The translations under genes were made by a program, and so were the position numbers. DNA of 8,155 nt from Naegleria gruberi (Eukaryota), in assembly GCA_000004985.1 (NCBI GenBank), contig GG739087.1; one strand, written 5' to 3'. Positions 1 through 7,121 of this stretch are shown in pieces. Position 1 is the stretch's first letter. Every line of letters begins with the position of its first letter. A model generated the notes under the pieces. That model saw only the letters and a list, made by a program, of their open reading frames with translations, made no database searches and had not been told where the DNA came from.

Positions 1-362
1 CATCAAAGAAATCTGCAAAAAAACCATTCACAGGAGGAATTAAAAAGCCACACAGATATAGACCAGGTACTGTAGCTTTAAGAGAAATCCGAAAGTATCA
101 AAAAAGCACTGAATTATTGATAAAAAAAAAACCTTTTTGTAGGTTGGTGAGAGAAGTTGCTCAAGATTACAAATCTGATGTTAGATTTCAAGCGAATTCA
201 CTCCTTGCACTTCAAGAAGCAGCTGAGGCATTTATTATTGATATTTTTGAGGATACTAATCTTTGTGCCATTCACTCCAAAAGAGTTACTATTTTGCTCA
301 AAGATATGCAACTTGCATTAAGAGTAAAAGGTGTTAATTATATTGGTTTATTAAATAAATAA
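1..362 (+). CDS. Histone H3 variant, 5'-partial; reading frame starts at nt 3, stop TAA at 360-362
   Basis: Translating from nt 3 gives [119 protein letters not shown]. This aligns along its whole length to the canonical H3 histone fold ([26 protein letters not shown]...PF.RLVRE.AQD.K.D.RFQ...ALQEA.EA....[22 protein letters not shown]). By eye it is about 73% identical to canonical H3 and carries a 9-aa C-terminal extension. The ORF-track entry 117..362 is only the portion after an internal Met. The open frame runs to the window start, so the N-terminal tail lies upstream. Confidence 0.85.
   Translation, partial: SKKSAKKPFTGGIKKPHRYRPGTVALREIRKYQKSTELLIKKKPFCRLVREVAQDYKSDVRFQANSLLALQEAAEAFIIDIFEDTNLCAIHSKRVTILLKDMQLALRVKGVNYIGLLNK
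354..359 (+). promoter_or_regulatory. AATAAA polyadenylation-signal-like hexamer overlapping the H3-variant stop codon
   Basis: The sequence aaATAAAtaa contains AATAAA at 354-359. It sits only about 40 nt upstream of the next gene's ATG. Confidence 0.35.
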
Positions 363-395
363 TATTAATCATCATCATTTAATATCTTTAAAAAA

Positions 396-3293
396 ATGTC
401 TTGTACTTTAGAAGATATTTTTCAAGACACACAATTCAAAAAGTTCAACGATAAAGGAAAACCGTATTGTGAAGGAGTTGTATATTTAAAACAAGAAGAC
501 TTATACAAATTTTTAGGAATAAAAGAAGTTAAAAAGAAAAGGATATTAGAAACATCCGAATTAAATCGATGTAAAAATGTTTGTGGTAGTAATTATATTC
601 CAGAAGACATTTGTTTAAAGTTAATATTAACCCAAAAACAATTCCATGATCAAGTAGTAAAATTTATTTATTCAAAACAACAAGATGAGTCTGATCAACT
701 ATTATCACAATTACAACAACTATTACAAGAACAACAAGAACAACAATTACAACAATTACAACAACAACAAGAACAACAACAACAACAACAATTAGAAGAA
801 ACAAGTAATGAAATTACTATTAGAACACAAATACAACAACAAATAAAACATCATACGGAATTATTAAAATTGCTTCAAGAAGAATTACAACAATGTAGAG
901 TAGAATTAGAAGATGACTGTGACTTTGCAGAAACACAAGAATCCAAGAAAAGAAAAGTAAGTGTTCGAACTTATGATTGCAATATGAAAGATATAGCTTA
1001 TTCGGAAGATAGAACAACTTATACTCCTAAAAAACCATCCAAGGTAAACGAAAAATTAGACAAAATAGAGAATCAATTAGATGAATGCATCAAAAAATAT
1101 GATGAACAATTAAATGTTGATGTCAATTTAGCGCCATTAAATTTGGTGTCTGAATGTGAATGTAGAGGTGTAAAATTACGACATAATTCATGTAAATCTA
1201 GTTCTATTGATAATAGTTTTGAATATTCTGACAGAAAGTTAGAAGATTTCATTCAGATTTTTAAAGAAATAGCTCATACTTGTAATGTTAAATTTTCTCA
1301 TATATTATATCATTTATTTAAACAATATCCATCACACGTACTCGATATAATAGAGAGTATTGCTATAACTAGTAAGCTTAAACCACATAATTTTACTGAG
1401 ACTGAATTTAAGAAATACAAAAACCTAATACAAAAACAAATATCTGAAAGTTTACAATTAAAAGTAAAGGATGAACTTAATATTTCACATGAAGCTTGGA
1501 AAGAGTTAATTTATACACTAAATATTGATCACATTTTAAATCCAAATTTATCAGAAATTACAAAAACAACAAATACTTTAGTTAAAGATTTTTTTAAATT
1601 TAAACAACTGAATAATGGATTCATCGTAAACCTTACATCCATCATAGAAGCAGCCATTAAAGCTCATTTACATACTGTTCACACAAGAAAACAGAATGAT
1701 AAAGTATGTGTAGATAAATTACCAGAAAAAGTAATGATTAAATTGTCAATGGATGGTAGAGAATTTGGAAATTTACGAACAGTTGTAGTTACTTTGAATA
1801 TTTTAAATTTACATTTATTCGGAACACAAGAAAGAGACTGTGTTTTCCCAATTCTAATGTATATAGGTGAAGAGAAAGATATTATTAATTATATAACTGA
1901 AATTGAAAAAGAAGTTATTGAACTTTCTACCAAACATATTACTATCAAAGAAAACGAGCATGATGCTACACTATCACTTGAAAATACAACCCAAACAATT
2001 CCATTAGAATTCTATTGGGTGAGTGATTTAAAATCACTTGAATATTGTTCATTATTGAAAGAACATGCTATGTTTTGTCCTTTCTGCAACATTAAGAAAC
2101 AAAATTCATTGTCTGGGATTTGTTCTGAAAATAGTAGAAATTTACAACACAAAATGGGTGTTAAATCATCCAATATTTTCATATGCATTTTGCATATGGA
2201 TGAACGAATTACTGAATATATTTTGAAAATGACCTTAAAAACTTCGGAACTTGAAAAGCAAATGAAAACCAATATTTGTTCATTGGAAGGTTTTGCTGAT
2301 TTTAATTTTCATTCATCAAGTGTTTTAGTGAAAGATACAATCGAAGAAGAAAATGCTCTCACAGTTAAGGAATATTCATTTATGTTATCTGGCGGGCATT
2401 GTAATAAGCTTTTTGGATCTTTTGATAAAGTTTTTGGATTTTTGAAAGATTCAAACTCAAATATGTATAATATTTGGAAAAAATACAAATCAATTAGACA
2501 GTGGTTGTATTATACAAATGAAGATTTGGAAAAGAAATCATTAAAGGATTGGGAAAATTTTGATTCTGAGTTAAATGAATGGAGATTGCTTTTTGTTCTA
2601 CAAAAAGCTGATAGTGGAAGAATAGGAGATTACATTCATATTGCCACTGCACATCTTTATGACTTGCTTTCAACTTATGGAAGTCTGGTTCCTCTTTCAA
2701 ATCAAGGTGTAGAAAGTTCTCATCAATTAGATTGTTTGATTATGGAAAGAGGGACAAGTAAGGGTAAAATGTCTATTGGTACCAAAAAAGCTCAAGCTGG
2801 CTCCTCAAAACCAAACGTGGAAACTGTATCCAAACCTGCTTCCCATACTCTTGAGTCTAGTGATCTTGATAATGAGCAAGAACATAAGGAATTTAATTAT
2901 GAATCATTTATTAAGAAGACAGAATCTTGTGACTGGAATGATTTATTCCAAGTTTGTCAAATCATGCTGAAGAAACTTAGAAAGTTGTATTTATCTTTTA
3001 CTTGTGAAGAAGTACTATTTGTCCGGTTAGAAAGAAGGACTGGTAAGGTAATAAGAAAAGATTGGACAAGAGACATTTTAACTATGTCTCCCAACTTTAC
3101 TCTGCCTATCCGAAAACCAACCAATGTTCTCATTCAAAAACCAGATAACATTAACACTGAAGTGATATCTCCACAGCTTGCTCCATCCCAAGATGTTCCT
3201 AAAAGAACAGTTGAACTCAAACAATCCCAGGAATATGGATTGGTTGTGAATGGTGATGATGATGGGTTGATGAATGATGATGTCTTCTATTAA
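396..3293 (+). CDS. Large (965 aa) Q-rich, probably nuclear, Cys/His-rich protein of unknown function; possible RNase-H-fold transposase-derived core (hypothesis)
   Basis: A single uninterrupted 2,898-nt ORF with an A-rich pre-ATG context (aaaaaaATG) and a TAA stop. It encodes a poly-Q/coiled-coil tract (aa ~95-170, CAA codons) and an SV40-like basic NLS ESKKRKVSV (aa ~182-190). A small Cys cluster CECRGVKLRHNSC lies at aa 254-266. The central region holds LSMDGREF (D453), EFYWVSDLK (D544), CPFC (C561/C564), ILHMDER (H600) and GVESSHQLDCLIMERG (aa 771-786). The C-terminus is acidic (DDDGLMNDDVFY). No in-frame evidence requires an intron. Confidence 0.8.
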   Translation: MSCTLEDIFQDTQFKKFNDKGKPYCEGVVYLKQEDLYKFLGIKEVKKKRILETSELNRCKNVCGSNYIPEDICLKLILTQKQFHDQVVKFIYSKQQDESDQLLSQLQQLLQEQQEQQLQQLQQQQEQQQQQQLEETSNEITIRTQIQQQIKHHTELLKLLQEELQQCRVELEDDCDFAETQESKKRKVSVRTYDCNMKDIAYSEDRTTYTPKKPSKVNEKLDKIENQLDECIKKYDEQLNVDVNLAPLNLVSECECRGVKLRHNSCKSSSIDNSFEYSDRKLEDFIQIFKEIAHTCNVKFSHILYHLFKQYPSHVLDIIESIAITSKLKPHNFTETEFKKYKNLIQKQISESLQLKVKDELNISHEAWKELIYTLNIDHILNPNLSEITKTTNTLVKDFFKFKQLNNGFIVNLTSIIEAAIKAHLHTVHTRKQNDKVCVDKLPEKVMIKLSMDGREFGNLRTVVVTLNILNLHLFGTQERDCVFPILMYIGEEKDIINYITEIEKEVIELSTKHITIKENEHDATLSLENTTQTIPLEFYWVSDLKSLEYCSLLKEHAMFCPFCNIKKQNSLSGICSENSRNLQHKMGVKSSNIFICILHMDERITEYILKMTLKTSELEKQMKTNICSLEGFADFNFHSSSVLVKDTIEEENALTVKEYSFMLSGGHCNKLFGSFDKVFGFLKDSNSNMYNIWKKYKSIRQWLYYTNEDLEKKSLKDWENFDSELNEWRLLFVLQKADSGRIGDYIHIATAHLYDLLSTYGSLVPLSNQGVESSHQLDCLIMERGTSKGKMSIGTKKAQAGSSKPNVETVSKPASHTLESSDLDNEQEHKEFNYESFIKKTESCDWNDLFQVCQIMLKKLRKLYLSFTCEEVLFVRLERRTGKVIRKDWTRDILTMSPNFTLPIRKPTNVLIQKPDNINTEVISPQLAPSQDVPKRTVELKQSQEYGLVVNGDDDGLMNDDVFY
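711..791 (+). repeat. Imperfect (CAA)n coding trinucleotide repeat giving a poly-Gln/Glu tract
   Basis: Runs such as caacaacaagaacaacaacaacaacaacaa lie inside the 396-3293 ORF. They translate to QQLLQEQQEQQLQQLQQQQEQQQQQQ. Confidence 0.8.
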
Positions 3294-3305
3294 AAATATT
3301 TGATC

Positions 3306-3356
3306 GTCGATTCCCCGTGCCAGTGTTGTGGTAGTCAAAGCGATTCCGGAATCGAC
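3306..3356. repeat. GC-rich inverted repeat / hairpin (9-bp perfect arms GTCGATTCC...GGAATCGAC, 33-nt loop) containing a 14-bp perfect palindrome CGATTCCGGAATCG
   Basis: Read directly: GTCGATTCC at 3306-3314 is the exact reverse complement of GGAATCGAC at 3348-3356. The segment 3341-3354 is CGATTCC|GGAATCG. It begins 13 nt after the stop codon of the 396-3293 gene and is embedded in otherwise very AT-rich DNA. Confidence 0.6.
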
Positions 3357-3368
3357 TTTCAAAAATTC

Positions 3369-3391
3369 AATAAAATGTGCCATCAAATAAA
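3369..3391 (+). promoter_or_regulatory. Two AATAAA polyadenylation-signal-like hexamers (3369-3374 and 3386-3391) downstream of the 396-3293 gene
   Basis: The sequence caATAAAatgtgccatcaaATAAAatttt lies 76-98 nt after the TAA stop and just past the hairpin. Confidence 0.4.
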
Positions 3392-3801
3392 ATTTTATCA
3401 AAGGCCTTTATTGTTAGAAATAATAATTATTATTTAAATATTAAACATTGTTACTTCATATAATCAAATTAAAAGCATGTTAAATGTTTAATATAACAAA
3501 TAATAACTGTAATAATCGGAATTGTAAAATTCTGGAAGATTTTAAACAGTAGTGGTTTTAATTGGTTCAAAAAGTGGCAAAAAAAAATTTGGCGCAAAGA
3601 GCGGTCGACAATTTGTCGAGTCTTGCTGAATGGTTATTTTCAACTCTAGATTTGTAGTGTGGAGAAGCCAACAATTCCTTCTCATTCTTATTTAACAATT
3701 TGTCAATTATTATCCTAAACAGTTTCTAACATTAATTTTCGAGTAACAGTATATGTAAATTACTCCATAACCATGTATTCGACATTGATATTTCATTCTT
3801 T

Positions 3802-3846
3802 CTAATAAGGTGTTAAATGTGCTTCTTTAAATGGAACCGGAATTGA
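3802..3846 (-). CDS. Putative 3' end (last 14 codons plus TAG stop) of a minus-strand gene interrupted by the assembly gap
   Basis: The minus-strand frame reads ...SIPVPFKEAHLTPY* up to the gap edge. It is too short to validate on its own. Its continuity with the 5' fragment at 6442-6528 cannot be established, because gap length and frame are unknown. Confidence 0.3.
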   Translation of the reverse strand, partial: SIPVPFKEAHLTPY

Positions 3847-6441
3847 NNNNNNNNNNNNNNNNNNNNNNNNNNNNNNNNNNNNNNNNNNNNNNNNNNNNNN
3901 NNNNNNNNNNNNNNNNNNNNNNNNNNNNNNNNNNNNNNNNNNNNNNNNNNNNNNNNNNNNNNNNNNNNNNNNNNNNNNNNNNNNNNNNNNNNNNNNNNNN
4001 NNNNNNNNNNNNNNNNNNNNNNNNNNNNNNNNNNNNNNNNNNNNNNNNNNNNNNNNNNNNNNNNNNNNNNNNNNNNNNNNNNNNNNNNNNNNNNNNNNNN
4101 NNNNNNNNNNNNNNNNNNNNNNNNNNNNNNNNNNNNNNNNNNNNNNNNNNNNNNNNNNNNNNNNNNNNNNNNNNNNNNNNNNNNNNNNNNNNNNNNNNNN
4201 NNNNNNNNNNNNNNNNNNNNNNNNNNNNNNNNNNNNNNNNNNNNNNNNNNNNNNNNNNNNNNNNNNNNNNNNNNNNNNNNNNNNNNNNNNNNNNNNNNNN
4301 NNNNNNNNNNNNNNNNNNNNNNNNNNNNNNNNNNNNNNNNNNNNNNNNNNNNNNNNNNNNNNNNNNNNNNNNNNNNNNNNNNNNNNNNNNNNNNNNNNNN
4401 NNNNNNNNNNNNNNNNNNNNNNNNNNNNNNNNNNNNNNNNNNNNNNNNNNNNNNNNNNNNNNNNNNNNNNNNNNNNNNNNNNNNNNNNNNNNNNNNNNNN
4501 NNNNNNNNNNNNNNNNNNNNNNNNNNNNNNNNNNNNNNNNNNNNNNNNNNNNNNNNNNNNNNNNNNNNNNNNNNNNNNNNNNNNNNNNNNNNNNNNNNNN
4601 NNNNNNNNNNNNNNNNNNNNNNNNNNNNNNNNNNNNNNNNNNNNNNNNNNNNNNNNNNNNNNNNNNNNNNNNNNNNNNNNNNNNNNNNNNNNNNNNNNNN
4701 NNNNNNNNNNNNNNNNNNNNNNNNNNNNNNNNNNNNNNNNNNNNNNNNNNNNNNNNNNNNNNNNNNNNNNNNNNNNNNNNNNNNNNNNNNNNNNNNNNNN
4801 NNNNNNNNNNNNNNNNNNNNNNNNNNNNNNNNNNNNNNNNNNNNNNNNNNNNNNNNNNNNNNNNNNNNNNNNNNNNNNNNNNNNNNNNNNNNNNNNNNNN
4901 NNNNNNNNNNNNNNNNNNNNNNNNNNNNNNNNNNNNNNNNNNNNNNNNNNNNNNNNNNNNNNNNNNNNNNNNNNNNNNNNNNNNNNNNNNNNNNNNNNNN
5001 NNNNNNNNNNNNNNNNNNNNNNNNNNNNNNNNNNNNNNNNNNNNNNNNNNNNNNNNNNNNNNNNNNNNNNNNNNNNNNNNNNNNNNNNNNNNNNNNNNNN
5101 NNNNNNNNNNNNNNNNNNNNNNNNNNNNNNNNNNNNNNNNNNNNNNNNNNNNNNNNNNNNNNNNNNNNNNNNNNNNNNNNNNNNNNNNNNNNNNNNNNNN
5201 NNNNNNNNNNNNNNNNNNNNNNNNNNNNNNNNNNNNNNNNNNNNNNNNNNNNNNNNNNNNNNNNNNNNNNNNNNNNNNNNNNNNNNNNNNNNNNNNNNNN
5301 NNNNNNNNNNNNNNNNNNNNNNNNNNNNNNNNNNNNNNNNNNNNNNNNNNNNNNNNNNNNNNNNNNNNNNNNNNNNNNNNNNNNNNNNNNNNNNNNNNNN
5401 NNNNNNNNNNNNNNNNNNNNNNNNNNNNNNNNNNNNNNNNNNNNNNNNNNNNNNNNNNNNNNNNNNNNNNNNNNNNNNNNNNNNNNNNNNNNNNNNNNNN
5501 NNNNNNNNNNNNNNNNNNNNNNNNNNNNNNNNNNNNNNNNNNNNNNNNNNNNNNNNNNNNNNNNNNNNNNNNNNNNNNNNNNNNNNNNNNNNNNNNNNNN
5601 NNNNNNNNNNNNNNNNNNNNNNNNNNNNNNNNNNNNNNNNNNNNNNNNNNNNNNNNNNNNNNNNNNNNNNNNNNNNNNNNNNNNNNNNNNNNNNNNNNNN
5701 NNNNNNNNNNNNNNNNNNNNNNNNNNNNNNNNNNNNNNNNNNNNNNNNNNNNNNNNNNNNNNNNNNNNNNNNNNNNNNNNNNNNNNNNNNNNNNNNNNNN
5801 NNNNNNNNNNNNNNNNNNNNNNNNNNNNNNNNNNNNNNNNNNNNNNNNNNNNNNNNNNNNNNNNNNNNNNNNNNNNNNNNNNNNNNNNNNNNNNNNNNNN
5901 NNNNNNNNNNNNNNNNNNNNNNNNNNNNNNNNNNNNNNNNNNNNNNNNNNNNNNNNNNNNNNNNNNNNNNNNNNNNNNNNNNNNNNNNNNNNNNNNNNNN
6001 NNNNNNNNNNNNNNNNNNNNNNNNNNNNNNNNNNNNNNNNNNNNNNNNNNNNNNNNNNNNNNNNNNNNNNNNNNNNNNNNNNNNNNNNNNNNNNNNNNNN
6101 NNNNNNNNNNNNNNNNNNNNNNNNNNNNNNNNNNNNNNNNNNNNNNNNNNNNNNNNNNNNNNNNNNNNNNNNNNNNNNNNNNNNNNNNNNNNNNNNNNNN
6201 NNNNNNNNNNNNNNNNNNNNNNNNNNNNNNNNNNNNNNNNNNNNNNNNNNNNNNNNNNNNNNNNNNNNNNNNNNNNNNNNNNNNNNNNNNNNNNNNNNNN
6301 NNNNNNNNNNNNNNNNNNNNNNNNNNNNNNNNNNNNNNNNNNNNNNNNNNNNNNNNNNNNNNNNNNNNNNNNNNNNNNNNNNNNNNNNNNNNNNNNNNNN
6401 NNNNNNNNNNNNNNNNNNNNNNNNNNNNNNNNNNNNNNNNN
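3847..6441. other. Assembly gap: 2,595 consecutive N
   Basis: An uninterrupted run of n. All three gap-spanning ORFs in the track (3802..6528-, 3813..6512-, 3831..6491+) are artefacts of translating N as X. Confidence 0.99.
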
Positions 6442-6528
6442 AGGAATTGGATATTCATTATCAATGTATAAATCTTTGGCTGATTTGGTGATTGGTTGAC
6501 GAACTTGAACAACTCGTTGTTGACTCAT
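6442..6528 (-). CDS. 5' end (first 29 codons) of a minus-strand protein-coding gene running into the gap
   Basis: ATG at 6528-6526 (minus strand) is preceded by an A7 run (plus-strand T-run 6529-6535), the same AAAAAAATG context as the other genes here. It reads MSQQRVVQVRQPITKSAKDLYIDNEYPIP and is then lost in N. An AT-rich promoter-like region lies at 6529-6800. Confidence 0.5.
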
Positions 6529-6860
6529 TTTTTTTAAATATACTTTACAATATTACTATTAAATGTATAATACTACTTTTAATTAAGTTCAATACTTGTC
6601 TAAATGTTTTAAATTTTTCAGACATTTAAAATTTCTTCTTCGATTTTGTCTTTGTTTTAGTTTTTTTGAGATTCGGATAGTTTCAAAAGAGATAATCTTG
6701 GTGTTGAGGTTTTTCTTCAATTTTTAAAGTTTGCCTTAATTAAAATTTGTAAAGTTTTGAGAAATGATTGTTAAGACACCCTTGGTGAAATTTGGGTGAA
6801 TGTAAAGCTAATACAGCTGTCCCCATCAGTCATATTCTCAATTTTTTAAATATTTCCGAA

Positions 6861-6941
6861 GGTGTGTTGACCGAGTGGTTATGGTGCTGGCTTCAGGTGC
6901 CAGTGGGTAAAACCGCGTGGGTTCAAATCCCACACACATCA
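6861..6941 (+). tRNA. tRNA-Leu (anticodon CAG), type II with long variable arm, no intron
   Basis: Hand-folded cloverleaf. The acceptor GGTGTGT (6861-6867) pairs with ACACATC (6934-6940), with one G-U. U8 and G9 are present. The D stem is ACC/GGT with D loop GAGTGGTTAT. The anticodon stem is CTGGC/GCCAG with loop TTCAGGT (U33, anticodon CAG 6894-6896, G37). The 13-nt variable arm TGGGTAAAACCGC has a GGT/ACC stem. The T stem is GTGGG/CCCAC with loop TTCAAAT. The discriminator A73 at 6941 is a Leu identity element. There is an A box (TGACCGAGTGG) and a B box (GGTTCAAATCC). The anticodon and T arms closely resemble eukaryotic tRNA-Leu(CAG), recalled from memory. Confidence 0.85.
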
Positions 6942-6950
6942 GTTCAAATT
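6942..6950 (+). promoter_or_regulatory. B-box-like duplicate (GTTCAAATT) immediately 3' of the tRNA; candidate external B box
   Basis: GTTCAAATT at 6942-6950 repeats the internal T-loop B box GTTCAAATCC (6921-6930), differing only in its last two bases. Dictyostelid tRNA genes are known to carry an extra downstream B box, but usually about 20-40 bp away, so the assignment is tentative. Confidence 0.3.
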
Positions 6951-6954
6951 TTTT
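6949..6954 (+). terminator. RNA polymerase III terminator T-run (T6), 8 nt past the tRNA 3' end
   Basis: The sequence tttttt at 6949-6954 is followed by aTTT. A run of four or more T on the coding strand is the canonical pol III terminator. Confidence 0.55.
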
Positions 6955-7070
6955 ATTTCCCTTCTTTTTTGCCAAGTTATCTATATTATTCAATGTTCTT
7001 TGTTGAATAATCATATAAATTGTTTCAAAATCATATTTTAGTAATTTCAAAATAGTTTTTCTTCGTCTAA

Positions 7071-7087
7071 GTCAATCTAGTCAATCT
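7071..7087 (+). repeat. Tandem direct repeat GTCAATCT-a-GTCAATCT in the putative promoter, about 35-50 nt upstream of the 7122 ATG
   Basis: The two copies are at 7071-7078 and 7080-7087, read directly. Confidence 0.35.
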
Positions 7088-7121
7088 TCTTGAAAGAAAA
7101 GGGGGAAATAATTCTAAAAAA

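Noticed and set aside
117-362. Track ORF 117..362 as a complete 81-aa gene
   Set aside because: Met117 is internal (the LLIKKK position of H3 helix alpha1). The frame is open to nt 3 and encodes the rest of the H3 fold, so the gene is 5'-truncated by the window and not a small ORF.
957-962. GTAAGT hexamer (canonical splice donor) inside the large ORF
   Set aside because: The frame stays open through it. The downstream sequence is about 30% GC coding-like DNA rather than the more than 85% AT expected of introns in this genome type, and it encodes part of the KKRKVSV NLS.
3245-3290. Multiple TGATGA (box C-like) motifs suggesting a C/D snoRNA
   Set aside because: They arise from GAT/GAC codons of the DDDGLMNDD tail. 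There is no appropriately spaced CTGA box D and no terminal stem.
820-3401. Short ORFs inside or antisense to the large gene (820..1017-, 2012..2272-, 2494..2700-, 2776..2970+, 3078..3401-)
   Set aside because: All lie within or overlap the 2.9-kb coding ORF in other frames or strands. Their products are low-complexity and hydrophobic, typical of AT-rich antisense noise. 3078..3401- merely runs through the GC-rich hairpin.
3802-6528. Three ~900-aa ORFs in the track (3802..6528-, 3813..6512-, 3831..6491+) spanning the N run
   Set aside because: They consist almost entirely of X from translating N. Only the short real-sequence ends carry information, and those were treated separately.
6819-6830. 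TCCCCATCAG resembling the Dictyostelium upstream sequence element (DUSE, [AT]CCCA[CT]AA) about 38 bp upstream of the tRNA
   Set aside because: It has one mismatch to the consensus, the wrong distance (about 60 bp is expected), and tRNA genes use internal A/B boxes. It is probably coincidental.
6792-7050. ORFs 6792..7010+ and 6838..7050- overlapping the tRNA
   Set aside because: The region is explained by the tRNA-Leu gene and its flanks. The peptides have no support.
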